DNA from: the human T2T-CHM13v2.0 reference genome, Homo sapiens
Length of the DNA: 64,000 nt
NCBI RefSeq assembly: GCF_009914755.1
Contig: NC_060936.1
Strand: one strand, 5' to 3'
Shown here: positions 1 to 15,714 of the stretch, piece after piece
How the letters are laid out: each line of letters begins with the position of its first letter
Position numbering within the stretch: position 1 is the stretch's first letter
Made by a program: the position numbers and the translations under genes
The notes under the pieces: model-generated
Database searches by the model: none
What the model saw: only the letters and a program-made list of their open reading frames with translations
Told to the model about the DNA's origin: nothing

Positions 1-2969
1 AGGGAGGTTGGGCCACTATTTTCACAGTTTGTTATTTGTTTGTTTGTGTTTTTTTTGTTTTTTGTTTTTTGTTTGTTTGTCTTTTTAATTTAGAAAAGTG
101 ACTTGGTAATGTTAGATAATTTTTCCAAAGTCACAGAGGTAGAAAATGGTAAAGTGAGGATTAAAATTCAGATATTCGTATCCCAATCCAGAATTATTCC
201 CACTTGCCATTTTGGACATACATATATTGTTTTGAAATATGTCTTTGAAACTGTTTCTCCCCATTTGATAATAAGTTTATCAATATCCTTATAATCTGAG
301 ATTTTTTTTTCAGCAGAAATGATCTGTCTGATCAACGTAAAATTAGGTAGATAAAACAGCTTGGGAGAAGTCTTGTTGTAATGCTTTCTAAAGAATGTAT
401 GTGGGCCTATTCTCTGTTTTACTTATCTGAGATACTATTTTTGTCATTAACAAATACTAAAAAAACTGAGCTGGATTAAGATAATCTTCCCATTTATAAG
501 ACCTGATAAACACTGAAATAGCTATTACGAAGCCTCTGGAAGCTTCTTTCAGAAAGTAAGCATGGCACTAACAACACATCCTAAATGCTTCTGATTAACA
601 CATTTATTTATTATTGGGTTGTGTTAGTAGCATTCTAGTTCATGTTTTATGGTCTTTGTTTTCCTCATATTTCAGCAGCTAGCTATAAACAATATTGATC
701 ACATTTTAAATGTCTTCACTCAATAGAACTTGATAAATGAGAAATAAATTTCTAAATTAAGTAAATTACAGTAACACAAACATTTAGCATGATTGCTTGT
801 GACATTATTTTGCATTTAAAGACAAAATTACAATTGAGCACTTGATGGGATTCTTGGACTACTAGTGTTTTGTTTTTCAATATCTAAGCATTGCAATTTT
901 AACCCTACTGTTTGTAAGCAATGGGCCAGTTGCAAAGCTATAAATTTTGTGTTTCTTCAAGTAAGTATTGATTTATTTTCCTTCTTAAAATACATAAAGC
1001 AAAAACTAAAGGCTAAACTGAGAATGATTTCATAGACCCCAAATACTTTTTAATACATGTCAGAAAAATCAGAAAATTCATGTTGGTGCAAATAGGTTTT
1101 CAGCATCTCTCAGTAACTCTGTCTGCCTTTCTTTTTGTCTTTCAGTTAGCATTATGCCCCTAAATTATAGTTGTACAATATTGTCAATCCAGTCTATCCA
1201 AATACTTGTGATCAACATTGTGAATCACCACCAATGTTTATCAAAATGAAAACTACTACTGTATCACCATCATAATACGTTGGAATCATAGAGTGGAAAG
1301 GGAAAAGGAAAAAGAGTGGGAAGAATTGGGTTTGGGACCGAGCAGTACTGCTTACCGCCTTTGTTACCTTGAAGAACTAACTTTATTCTTCAGGGTCCAG
1401 AGATCTCTGGATCAATATGGGGATCAGTTAAGATCGTATAAGTATATATGCTTCAAAAAATATAAAAGTAGTAAACAAATGTAAGATACCTGTCAAATAA
1501 TTAATGGAAGACAGACTTTCTGACCCACTAAGATAGAGGAAGATCTAGGGGCTTTGTATGCAATGCATATTGGACAAATAATTGCATGAGAATAAAAATG
1601 ACTTGTCTGGCTTAAAGATTAACAGCCAACTGTTTTCACTAGGGAAATTGCATGGGGAAAGCAGGTAATAAATTAACATGAAGATAATTCCAAAATATTG
1701 CAATGGACAGTAATACATGTGACTAGTTTAGAGATTGGCATTATCTCCTTGGAACTGGGTAGATTTTTGTCAGTTTCAGGCCCGTAAGGTGCAAATATGC
1801 CTGGGAATGCATTTGCCCCCACATCAGAAAAAGTTTCGTTTTGGATAGATAGCAAGAAAAGTTGACACATGTGTCCTTTATTCATCCTGTGAATATCAGT
1901 ACTGGCAGCAAGGAAGATATGCTATTTTTTTAGTCTTTCTATAAGTGAAGAAAGGAACAAATATATTTAGTCTGTGAAGTAGTAGTGCCTGTGCTCAAAT
2001 AGAGCTGTATAATTTGCTGCTTAATGATAAAGGGAGAGGATAGTCAAAGGAAGGCAAATTCCTTCCTTCTCATTTTGTGAGGATGAAATTAGACTTTATC
2101 TTGGCAAGAGGTAGAATTACTATGCTGAAAACACAGTATCAAAATGAAATTTCCCTGTATTATCAGAAAGGGATTATATCAAAATGCAAAACAGTCATGC
2201 ATGTGATAAGTGTTCTTTATAGTAAAAAATAAACTGTGGTTTGATACTTCTGATAAATAAACTGTGGGTTGTATAGTGGTTCTCAATTGTAAGCTAAACA
2301 AAGTGGAGTATTTCCAACCGTGGATAGCATTCCAGAAGGATGTCAAAGTGCTTCATAGCTGTCTGTGTTTTGTTTATGTTGCTTATCTGTATGTGTCACT
2401 TCCTCTCTTCTCTTGAGTTTGAAAACATTTTGAGAGTAAGACCTATTTTCCTTTTTACTCCCAGTAACTTAGAACTGTGATGTACTCAGGAGGCAGTTCC
2501 GTAATTGTCATTGACCAACCTTAGGTTAATAGACTAAACTAAACTATTCCAAAGCCAACTCTTAAAATCATCAAAATTTCAATGATTTTTATAATTACTT
2601 CTGTCAGTACGGCAATACACAAAGATACTCTCCCCTAGATTCTTTCCTCTGGTAGAGGATAGAATAATGTTCTGAAATGCTGTTGGGCTTTCAAGAAAGA
2701 GATAAGAAGTACCTTTCCAAAGGCAAGGAAGAGGGGGTTGGCAGCATTAGAGAAGGAAAAGAAAAAAGAACAACTGCAAACTAGAGGTTGGGATCTAAGT
2801 GGTGGGTCACCTGTAGAAGTGACCTGAGGATGGAGGTCCAATATCCTGAGGATAGAGTCCAATAGCAGCCCTGCTTGCTGGCTAATAACTTTGTGCCTGC
2901 ACCAGTATAGTGAAGCAGAGCCTGTAACTCCCAATATTGAGTCAAGACCCAATGTAGGAATTTCAGGTG

Positions 2970-5409
2970 TGTGTTAGGCTGGTCTTGCATTGCTGCTATG
3001 ACGAAATGCCTGAGGCTGGATAATTTATAAAGAAAAGAGGTTTAATTGGCTCATAGTTCTATAGGCTGTACAGGAAGCATGGCACCAAAATCTGCTCAGC
3101 TTCTCAGGAGGCCTCAAGGCGCTTTTTCGGATCTCGGAAGGTAAAGCAGGAGCAGGAGAGAGTGAGAGTGAGGGAGGAGATGCCTCACACTTAAACAACC
3201 AGATGTCACAAGTACACACGATTGCAGGGACAGCACCAAGCCATGAGGGATCCACCCCCATTTCCCAAACACCTCGCAACAAGCCCCACTTCCAACATTG
3301 GGGATTACATTTCAACATGAGATTTGTGTGGGACAAATATCCAAACTGTAGTATTCTGCCTCTGGGTCCCCCAAATTTCATGTCCTTCTCACACTGCAAA
3401 ACATAATCATGCCTTCTCAATGGTCTCCCAAAATCTTAACTCATTCCAGCTTAACTCAAAAGTCTACAGTTCATAATCTCATCTGACATAAGTCAAATCT
3501 CTTCCACCAATAAGCCTGTAAAATAAAAAACAAGCTGGTTACTTCCAAGTAAAATAAAAAAGCAAGTAGTTACTCCCTTGTATAGTTTTCTGTACAAAGG
3601 AGGTATAGGCATTGCGTAAACATTCCCATTCCAAAAAAAGAGAACTCAGTCAAATGAAAGGGACTACAGGCCCCATGCAAGTTCAGACCCCAGCAGGGCA
3701 GTGATCAAATCTTAATGCTCCAAAATAATCTCCTTTGACTGCATGTCCCACATCCAGGGCACACTGGTGCAAGGGATGAGTTCCCAAGGCCTTGTGCAGC
3801 TCTGCCCCTGTGGCTTTGCAGGGTTCAGCCCCAGAGGCTGTTCTCACAGGTCTTTGAGTACCTGTGCCTTTCTGAGGCCCAGAGTGCAATCTCCTGGTGG
3901 ATCTACCATTCTGGGGTCTAGAGGGCAATGATCTCTGTCCCATAGCTCCACTAGGCAGTGCCCCGTGGGGGGTTCTATGTGGCGGCTCCAACCCAACATT
4001 TCCCCTTGGCACGTCTCTAGTAGAGGTTCTCTGTAAGGGCCCCACCCCTAAAGCAGGCTTCTCTCTGGGCACCCAGGCTTTCTCATACATCCACTGAAAT
4101 CTAGGTGCAGGCTGCCAAGCTTTCCCTCCTGAACTCTGCTTCCCTGCAGGCTTAACATTATGTGGAAGCTGCCAAAACTTACAGCTTGCATTTGCCAAAG
4201 TAGCAGCTTAAGCTGTACCTGGGCCCCTTTGAGTAACAGCTGGAGCCAGAGCTGCCAGGATGCAAGCAGCGGTCTCCCAAGGCTGCTCAGGGCAATGGAG
4301 TCCTGGGCAAGGCTCTTGAACCCAGTCTTTCTTCCTAGAATTATGAGCCTGTGGTGAGAGGAGCTGCTGTGAAGGTCTCTTTTCCCCATTATCTTGGATA
4401 TTAGCATTTGGCTCCATTTTGGTTCTGCAAATACCTCTAGCAAGTGGTTGCTCCACAGTCTGCTTGAATTTCTCTCCCTAAAAAGCTTTTTCTTTTTCTT
4501 TCTCTGCCACATGGCCAGACTACAGAATGTCCAAACTTTTATGCTCTGCTTCCTCTTTAAATGTAACTTCCAACTTTATGTCATTTCTTCACTCCTGTGT
4601 CAGAGAGTAGGCTGTTAGAAGCAGCCAGACCACTGCTTGAACACTTTACTGCTTAGAAATTTCTTCTGCCAGATACCCTAGGTCATCATTCTGAAGTTCA
4701 AATTTCACAGATCTCTAGTACATGGACACAGTACCATCATAACAATGGTGACCTTTGCCCCAGTTCCCAATAAGTTCCTCATTTGCATCTGAGACCTCAG
4801 CAGCCTGGACTTCACGGTCCGTATTACCATCAGCACTTTGGTCACAACCATTTAACCAGTTTCTAAGTAATTCCCAACTTTCCTTTATCTTCCTGTCCTT
4901 TTCTGAGTCCTCCAAACTCTTCCAACCTCTGCCCATTACCAAGTTTCAAAGCTGCTTCCACATTTTCAGGTACCTTTATAGCAGTGCCCCATTCCTTATT
5001 ACCAATTTTCTGTGTTAGGCCATTCTTGCATTGCTATGAAGAAATACCTGAGACTGGCTAATTCATAAGTAAGAGGTTTAATTGGCTGACAGTTCTGCAG
5101 GCTGTATGGAAGCATGGTGCCGGCATCTGCTCAGCTTCTTGGGAGGTCTCCAGGAACTTTTTCTCATAGCAGAAGATGAAGCAGGAGTTGGCACTTCACA
5201 TGGTGAAAGCAGGAGGAGGAAAGAGTGAGGGGGAGGTGCCATCCACTTAAACAAGCAGATCTTGCAAGTACTCACTATTACAAAGACAACACCAAGCCAT
5301 GAGGGATCCATCCCACGACCCAAACACCACCCACCAGGCCCCACCTCTAACACTGGGGATTACATTTCAACATGAGATTGGGGTGGGGACAAATATCCAA
5401 ACTATATCT
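2970..5409 (-). mobile_element. Complete MaLR provirus (MSTB-like): 5' LTR 5011-5409, internal 3354-5010, 3' LTR 2970-3353
   Basis: Two homologous LTRs (tgtgttaggc...ggacaaatatccaaact), MST-int sequence between them, a purine-rich tract next to the 3' LTR, and a perfect 5-bp TSD AGGTG (2965-2969 / 5410-5414). Confidence 0.9.
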
Positions 5410-5559
5410 AGGTGGTAGTACTCTGGCTTTTTGCAAAGGCAGATGCAAATCCTACTAGGAGAAAAGTACCCACAATTTAAACCTGATGAATTCCTTAGAG
5501 TAAGATCAAGCAATTTGTTAAAGAAAACACGGACATCACAAGACCCCAAGGAAGTAATC

Positions 5560-6660
<1,101 letters not shown>

Positions 6661-6921
6661 TAAACCTTGTGTAATCTGATGACAGGGATAATGTTTTGTG
6701 TGGTTAATGTTAGGGCAGAGGATGATATAGGCATCTTGCCAGAAATACAGTGTTCATGTATTGACTGAGGATGTATGGCTCAGGGGAACTTTTTCTCTGA
6801 GCATGTGGGACTTTGGACTCATACTGACAGGGAAGCTCAGTGGAAGTATGATCTTACAATAGAATATTAGTAAATGTAAATCTTTGTGATATCAAATATA
6901 TCTAACTCATACAGTAACATA

Positions 6922-7301
6922 TGCCTTAGTCCATTTTCTGTTGTTATTACAGGATACCACAACCTGGGTAATTTATAAAGAAAAGAGATTTATTTCTTGC
7001 AGTTCTGGAAGTTGAGAAGTCCAAGGGCATGGTGCTGGTACCTGCTCGGCTTCTGGTGAAGGTCTTCTTGCTGCATCATAACATGGCAGGGGTATCACTT
7101 GGTGAGACAGAGGAAATGTGCTAGCTCAAGTCACTTTTCTTCTCTTTAAAAAGCCATTAATCCCCTCATGGGAGCCCCACCTTGATTCAGACCTTATCTA
7201 ATCTCAGTTACCTCCCAAAGACCCCACCTCCAATCAACATATTAATTTGGAGATTTAGTTTCCAGCACATGAAATTTAGAGGACCGTTTCAACCCATAGC
7301 A
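6922..7301 (-). mobile_element. Solo MaLR LTR (MSTC/MSTD/MLT1A-like)
   Basis: tgccttagtccatttt...gggtaatttataaagaaaagagatttattt...ccatagca termini. Confidence 0.8.
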
Positions 7302-7507
7302 ACAGTTGTGTATGTAAGTAAACATGGATAAGAAAAAATCATAAAATTCATACCTGTGAACATATCATGTGACTCCAAAACCAATCATTGTTGATAACTT
7401 CTATCTACCTATGCACGTCTTTTTCTGCCCCATCCTTATGACCCCCCCGTGCCCACAAGAGATTATCACTATTTAAATCACCACGCTGAATTTTGAAGTT
7501 TAGTCTT

Positions 7508-7875
7508 TGATATAATTTGGATTGGTGTCCCTGCCCAAATCTCACGTTGAATTGGAATTCCCAGTGTTAGAGGAGGGGCCCGGTGGGAGGTGATTGAATC
7601 AAGGGGATGGATTTCCCCCCTTGCTGTTCCTGTGATAGTCAGGAAATATGGTTGTTTAAAAGTGTGTAGAACCTCCCACTTCTCTTCTTCCTTCTGCTCT
7701 GGCCATGTAAGAGATGCCTGCTTCTCCTTCGCCTTCTTGCCATAATTATGTTTCCTGAGGCCTCCCCAGCCGTGCTTTTTATACAGCCTATAGAACCATG
7801 AGCCAATTAAGCCTCTGTTCTTTATAAATCGCCCAGTCTCAGTTCTTTATAGCAATGGGAGAATGGACTAATACG
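7508..7875 (+). mobile_element. Solo MSTA-like LTR
   Basis: tgatataatttggat...gaatggactaatac with 5-bp TSD GTCTT (7503-7507 / 7876-7880). Confidence 0.88.
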
Positions 7876-8058
7876 GTCTTTAAATGAAAAGTAATACTAC
7901 TAATCATTAATTACATAGTTCCTTTAATTTACTTGATTTATATATTAATTTTTTATTTATTAAATTCTACTGAATAGACACCAAGTAAAAATGTGATCAG
8001 TATTATTTTTAGCTAGCCACCGAAGTACAGGGAAAATTGACATTATAAAACGTGAACT

Positions 8059-8320
<262 letters not shown>

Positions 8321-8759
8321 CTACAACACCACTAAGACCACTGGAGCAATGCAATAATAACATTAATAAGTGTGTTACTCAATTATTAGAAACATCTTAG
8401 GACATGCTGTTGGTGCCATGTTTGCTTTCTTGGTGAAGGTCCCCGAACTATAAGTAACAGCTGCTTCAGTGATTAAAGTTAGGTGCTAACAAGTGAAGAT
8501 TGTCTTTCAAAGTTAACTTTACTAAAAAAGTTATTTTAGCTAAAGTTTATTCTTATTAATATGTTAATGAAATTGTATTATTTTCTTCCTTGGTACAGTA
8601 AGAACTAATATCAGTCACTTTCTTTATTCATTTCACTTCTGTTCACGTAAGATCCATTCCATTTGTTCTCCCTAAAAGGCCAAGTTCTCTCAGATAATCT
8701 CTCATTCCCCAGAATCTAATGCCCAAAAGACTATAGCTGTCTTTTCTCTGCATCACCAG

Positions 8760-9121
8760 TGTATTAGTTCCTTGTGCATTACTAGAAAGAAATACCTGAG
8801 ATTGGGTAATTTATAAAGAAAAGAGGTTTAATTGGCTCACAGTTTCACAGGCCATACAGGAAGCATGTTGGCATCTGCTCAGCTTCTGGGGGGGCCTCAG
8901 GAAACCTTCAATTATGGCGGAAGGTGAAGAGAGAGAAAGAGAGGTGCCACATACTTTTAAACACACCAGATTTCACAAGAACACACTCACTATTTTGACA
9001 GAGTACCATGGAGAAAATCAGCCCCTATGATCCAGTCACCTCCCACCAGGCCCTACCTCCAACACTGGGAATTACAATTAGACATGGGATCTGGGTAGGA
9101 ACACAGATCCAAACCATATCA
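8760..9121 (-). mobile_element. Solo MSTA-like LTR
   Basis: tgtattag...cagatccaaaccatatca with 5-bp TSD ACCAG (8755-8759 / 9122-9126). Confidence 0.88.
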
Positions 9122-9349
9122 ACCAGTCACTCCCCAATTCTTGAAATATTTCACTAAGTTTGGTCTCTCAAGAAAGCTCTCTTACCAGGTTTTCTCTTCT
9201 GCAACACCTCTGTGGTCTCATTTCAAACATCCCTTCCTTGACTACTATCTCCACCTCTAGTACCAACTTCCCAAATGCATCAGCCACACCCAGGACTTAC
9301 AGTCTATGGAAATCACCAGTGTTTCATGGTTTTTCACATTATGACTCAC

Positions 9350-11445
9350 ACCCCTTTTTAGATTAAATTCTAAGGTCCATCATTATAATTGCTCTCTTAC
9401 CTATATAACCTCTACTCCTTTGCCTCTTTTTGCCTTATCATATATACTTGGCAAAAATCAACACCCAGTTAAATCCATCTCTGCCTATTCCATGCCTGCA
9501 TCCTGAAGCATGAATAAAGAAAAACACTTTACTTTTTGTTTATTCTTTATTTTATGGATTTAATAACTCACTTTAAATCCATATCAGTAACCTCAAGTGA
9601 GTCCTCAAAGATGGGTGACAATTGTACTGTAGTTTTCTAAACCATTGTACCTCAACATTTTTCTAGACATTTATTCATACCTTACTCTCAACTCTTAAAG
9701 TTCTAGTATATCTTCACCTGTCATTATACTCAGCTGACGACCTTGCTTTTCTGTCACTGAGGATATAGAAGTAATCACAGAGAACTTCCACTTGCTTCCA
9801 TCGTCACGTCTAACCATCTATTAACATCTGTAATGTTACTTTTCCTTCTGTTATTCTAGATAAATTATTCGTGCTTCCAATTCAAACCAACCTCTTCATT
9901 TCTTCGCTAGATGCCTTTGGTCTTGACTACTACAGGACACTAATCCAGCAGTTACACTTCCTCTCTTTCTGTCACTGTCTTTCTCCTGTATTAACAAATG
10001 TTTCCTCTCTGCCAGATTTTTCCCATCAACATTTAAATATATTATTTCTACTAAAATTGAAAAGCAAAAAACTTCTCAGGCTAATTCCTCCCTCTAGATA
10101 CCCCTTCTCTCCTTCTCTATAGATTTCTCTCCTTCTCTATAGCTTTCCATTTTCATTTCAACCCACTCAGATATGTTATGTCACCAAAACTGCTCTTATC
10201 AAAGTTACTAGACTTTGACTAGTAAGTACAACACTCAGCATCGTTAGATTAATTTGTTCTCAGTTCTAATTTTATTTGTCCTGTCAGCAGCATTTGACAC
10301 AGAGGATTACTCATTCCTCCTGGAAACAGTTTTTTCCCTTACTTTCCAGAAACTTCCCTCCTTTGCAACCACCTAACTCTGGTACCTCTTGTGGTTTACC
10401 CACTTGGCTGGTTCTTCTCCATCAATCCAATGTCTTTAACCTGGGAATCCTCTTTAACCCACTTCACACCCAAACTCTCAGGGATCTTGCCCTCTCTCAT
10501 GGTGTTAAAGGACATTGAGACACTGATGACTTTCAGTTTTATCTCCCACCCAGGTCTTTTTCTTGGAATCCAAACTCATCTGCCCAATGCCTGCTTAGTG
10601 TCTCCACATGTAGAGGCCTGTCAAACTACTAAACTGAATTCCTGATCATCCTCCCACACCTTCCCTTCCCATGGTCTTTCCCATTGCAATAAATGGCTTC
10701 ATTCTTCCAGTCTTATAAACCAACTTCCACTGCTGCTATCCTGGTCAAAAGACATTACCATCACCACTGACCTATAATACTGAAATTTACTCCTTCTTCA
10801 TTAATGTGCTTTTAACATATCCCTCAAAGTGACCCTTTTAAGGCATGACTGATGATGCACTTTGTGCAACTCACTTTCTCACTTCTTCACTCAAAGGCCA
10901 TCTTCTCCTAAGACCTTTCTAGATCTTCCCATTTAATTTTTAAACTAGGGTCCAGCAAACTTTTGTTGTAATGGGCCACATAGTAAATATTTCAAGCTTT
11001 GTAGCCATAAGATCTCTGTTGCAGATGTTCAGCTCTGCTTTTGTAGCATAGAAGTAGTCATAGACAGTACATATATGATCAAGTGTGGTTATGTTCCAAT
11101 CTTTATGGCCACTTAAATTTGAATATAATGCAATTTTCATGTGTTATGATGTATTCTTCTTTTGAGGGTTTTCACTCAAAAGGGTCAGCAGGGGGCCAGA
11201 TGTGACCCACAGACTAGTTTGCTGACCTCTCCCATATGTTCTGTAAACCCTTCCTTTCTTTTTTTTATTGTTTTTATGTTAAAATGTATCACAATATAAA
11301 ATGTCACATATTTTACTTCTTTTTGTTTCTTATCTATGTCTTACAAATGTAAGCTCCATGAGACTGGAGTTTTTGACTCTATTACATACTGCTGGATCAG
11401 TAGATACTGAGTAATTACATCATAAATGAATGAGTGAGTGAATAA
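9350..11445 (+). mobile_element. Degenerate LINE-2 (ORF2 end and 3' tail), interrupted by MER58
   Basis: CT-rich sequence with L2 hallmarks (tcagcagcatttgacacag, gtaagctccatgag, terminal aatgaatgagtgagtgaat). Boundaries approximate. Confidence 0.65.
10946..11231 (+). mobile_element. MER58-like hAT-Charlie MITE
   Basis: Termini taggg..cagcaaac / gtttgctgacctct; internal gggccacatagtaaatattt. Confidence 0.75.
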
Positions 11446-11583
11446 ATTACATTTAAAAAGGAAAAATTAAGAATATTGGGTGTAATTGATGAGACATACT
11501 CTGTTTTATTTAAAAAATTATAATCAGAGAACCACAGGAGAGACACCATTTTAACTATTTACAGTCTACAAAATGCTCCTTCA

Positions 11584-11783
11584 AGCCTGGGCAACATGGC
11601 AAAACCTTGTCTCTACAAAAAAAAAAAACATCCAGGTATGGTGGCACATGCCAGTGGTCCCAGCTACTCAGGATGCTGAGGGAGGAGGATTGCTTGAGCC
11701 TGGGAGGAGGAGGTTGCAGTGAGCCAAGATCACACCACTGCACTCCAGCCTAAGTAACAGAGTGAGACCCTGTCTAAAAAAAA
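11584..11783 (+). mobile_element. AluJ-like, missing most of the left monomer
   Basis: ggaggattgcttgagcc (J-type); ctccttca repeated at 11576-11583 and 11786-11793. Confidence 0.88.
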
Positions 11784-13778
11784 GACTCCTTCAGTGAGTT
11801 TCTTATTAAAATTTTCATCTTACTTGATTTTTATTCCATTTTTATAAATTTCTTTTTTGGCTCCCCTAAATCCTATTTATTTATTCTATAGTAAGAGGTA
11901 CCTCAATGTATCAATCCATTGCTTCCTCTCCCCTCCCTCGTGGACAGGTTTTAGAGTTGAATAGACCTGAAGACTAGCCACGTGCATCCCCGCATCTCTG
12001 CTGGAGGTTGCTGCTACAAGAGAGCATGCTCATTTAGCATCCAAGACCTCATTTTCCAAGAAATTACTATTTAATTTCTACATCTCTTAGATGAACCAAA
12101 GAAGTTAACAAAGTTTTTTAAACTTCTGTCTTGGACTGAAGTAAATAAAAGTGTCAAATTATAGGCATTAGAGCATAGCTTAATTTCCATCAGCCATTTC
12201 AAGGCACTGCAATTGGATTTCATTATTATATGCAATGGACATTAAACATTTATGAGATAAATGGCCTATAGTTTAATTAGATAGTAAAGTATTCATAAGA
12301 TACGTTATCTTAAGAATAATGTGTAATAGCAGAAAAGGATCTTGCCTCTGGTTTCTTACATAAAAGAATTGAAAAGATGTCCCCTTGTACTTCTAGAGAA
12401 GTGGTTTTTGTTCTGCTTGTTCAGACGTGAATCATAGGCAGAGATGACATGTGGCCAAGCTTTAGTATAGTCAAATATTTGATCGCTATTTCAAGGTTGT
12501 TTCATTGCCAATACAAAAGTATGTTTTTTGAGTAGGTAAAAACATCATTTTGTGATTTTGTAAACGTATTTGACCCATACCATATAATCATTATGATCCC
12601 CCAACTTGGTATTACAGATGAGTCTGAAAGAAATCAGAGTGGCATCTGAGAATTAATCATTGGGTTTGAAATAATTTACTTTGTTCTGCCTTCTTTTTCA
12701 AGTTTGGTTTTGGTTGTTATTTGTGAGTATGGTTGAATAAGTATGTGATAAATACTTTCGAGGCCAACAGTTGATTGGGCTCTAGGTCTGTGTGATTGCT
12801 TTATTGATTGCTGGTTACTTCCTTGCTTCCTTTTTTATATTAACAAGGTAGAACAAGGAAGGGAGACAGGAAGGTAAGGACGTAAGGTTTTCAAAAATAG
12901 GGCTGCTCAGAGAAGAGATAAGACATTGGTAGATTAGGTAAAACTATGTAAATTCAGAACTATATAAAAATTTGGAAGCTATTACTCAGAAAATGTCATT
13001 GAGCTGGTCTTTAAAACCTTGTAGATAAAAATGTGCTTCTTATCGATAAAAACTTTAACTTAGGAGATGCTAGATGCAGGCCGATTGTGGCAATTTCAGA
13101 TATTCTCAGAAATAAAGGCAAAATGTGCAGTAGAATGGAGAGATCTTGAGGGCGATAAGTAAACCTTTACTATGTGAGCAGCAGAAGTTCTACCATTAAT
13201 ACTATATTGATTTGCCATGGGCTTAGAGACACACAAGCCGTGTTTATTTATTTTTACATTTTCAACAGGCATAACACCTTGGCAAGTGTCATGGCTTAGA
13301 GTACAGCGTGGCTTCACCTTGTTTGGTGTGCCCTGATGGAATATCTTATGAAATTATTATGTGTGAAGACCTCGCATCATTATTTTTCCAGGCATGTATC
13401 AACGAAGTCTTGGCCCTGTAAAAGTGCAAATAGAATGCGATGCATCAGTCAGTATGTTTACATTTTACTTTTAGTCCCTGGAAAGATTATAGTTTCTGGA
13501 GAAATTGCTGTGCTCCTGCCCTTTATGTTTGACCTGGTCATCCTAACTCAGAGCATTCGAAATACTTTCCATTTGCTGTGTGCATGAAGGCTGTGGTGAA
13601 TTCACTCAGTCAAACATACTTCTTCATATTCATTCTGCGAGTGGACAGTTACTGCTTTGTACTGTCATGGTGAAATGTGATTACTCTGAATGAAATTGCC
13701 ACTCCTGCATTAATCCTGCTTGTTCATGCCATAGTCCCCATCTGCTTTGGAAGATGAAAAAAAAATGTCTCACGCATC

Positions 13779-14157
13779 TGCTATGGACTGAATGTTTGTG
13801 TTCCTCCAGAATTCATACACTGAAACCCTAATCCCTAATGTGATGGTATTTGGAGGTGGGGCCTTTGGGAGGTAATTAGAGTAGGTTAGGTCATGAGGGT
13901 GGAGTGCTCAAGATGCGAGTAAATCCCTTGTAAAAAAAAAATAGTAAGAGGAAACACAGGGAGTCTTTCTCTGCCTGCACACACCAAGGAAGGCCATGCG
14001 AAAACATAATCAGGAAGAAGATCCTCACCAAGAACCAGGCTATGCTAGCAGCCTGATCTCAGACTTCCAGACTCCAGGAACTGTGAGAAACACGTGTTTG
14101 TTGTTTAAGCCACCCAGTTTTGAATCTCTGTTACAGCAGCCTGAACTGACTGGGAAA
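13779..14157 (+). mobile_element. Solo MLT1A-like LTR
   Basis: tgctatggactgaatgtttgtg...gtgatggtatttggaggtggggcctttgggagg...tgtttaagccacccagt. Confidence 0.85.
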
Positions 14158-14507
14158 CCATCTTTAGAATATGTATGCCTAACCCTAAATTTTCATTTAA
14201 ATCTACTATTTGATGTCTCTCATATCCTCATTTCCGTGATTTTTAAAACTGAGTATTTTTAATAAATCCTATTTAGGAAAAGCTGTAATTTCCACAATAT
14301 ATAAACTATTATCTCTCAGTTGATCTCCATCAGACAGCTATTTATTGGCAAACATAGACATTAATTAGAAAAGTGATATACATAGGTTAAAAACATTCTT
14401 CTGAATTTGATTGTTGTGGCATCTGTTGAGTCTTTACCCCAGTATGTCTTTGCTTATGTCCATGTACACTGTAGTATGTCTATACTTCTTGCCATCTTCA
14501 TTCATTT

Positions 14508-14595
14508 TATATATATGTATATATCTGATATATGTGTGTATATATGTATATGTGTGTATATTTATATATATAAAAATATGTACACATATATATAT
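14508..14595. repeat. (TA)n/(TATG)n low-complexity microsatellite
   Basis: Seen directly. Confidence 0.9.
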
Positions 14596-15397
14596 CAGAT
14601 CCATTTGTGTAGCAAAATGTCTAGGGGAAAAAATGAGTCTCTGCTTGTATCTTCCATGACAATTGAGATTTTAAATATTATAAGCGCAAATCTCAAATTT
14701 CAACGTATCTGTGAAATATATTTTAACAACAACATGATTATTCCAGTGACAGGTTCCAATTCCTTGGGATGAGCAGTCATGTATTATGTATTTTTAAACT
14801 CATGCCTCACACGTACACAGTTGGATGGGCTGTACAGCTGGAAATCCTTCTGTGTAATATGATTATGATTGAGAAAGCATGCACATGTTCCTCCTTCCCC
14901 TTCATGCTAAAAACAAACAAAGTGTAGAATGAATTACGTTGCTTAAATCATATTTCAAATAGAAACAGACAAGGAATTTGGTTCAAAGGAAAAGAAAAAA
15001 AGATACTGTATGATTTTGTAGCAGCTATCTAGATTAGTAAGGGCAGCCAGCTCTTGGTGTTTTAGAGAGATAGATGATGCTTGCCTGTTGTGCATATTCT
15101 TTTCTAAATTTCTTAAATTCTACTTATTTTTATCCTTTTTGTATTCTGTATGTACTTTGAGACATCAGATATCTTCTTATATAGAACTTTTATTTAGCAG
15201 TTTTACTTCAAATGATGAGCTGCATGCTTATTGCAAATTAAGGTGGAGTACTGATTGCATATTATAAAAACTGAGTGAAACAGGTGGCCTCGGATCTAGG
15301 TTTTCCTTTTTTTTATTATTTTTTTTTATTTCTATAGGTTATTGGGGAACGGGTGGTGTTTGGTTACATGAGTAAGTTTTTTAGTGGTGATTTGTGA

Positions 15398-15714
<317 letters not shown>

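Noticed and set aside
1396-1411. Perfect 16-bp palindrome tccagagatctctgga
   Set aside because: About one such palindrome is expected by chance in 64 kb (64000/4^8), and nothing else supports it.
3683-4512. 171-aa and 154-aa minus-strand ORFs
   Set aside because: They are remnants of the MST internal region with frameshifts, not a host gene.
11948-11958. gttttagag, resembling a type II CRISPR repeat start; the LTR12 and 84-bp arrays were also considered as CRISPR-like
   Set aside because: It is a single short match, there is no repeat-unique spacer structure or cas gene, and the context is eukaryotic.
13240-13340. Acceptor-like tract (tttttacattttcaacag) suggesting an extra TMTC2 exon
   Set aside because: No TPR-like frame or convincing donor follows, and such motifs are common in AT-rich introns.
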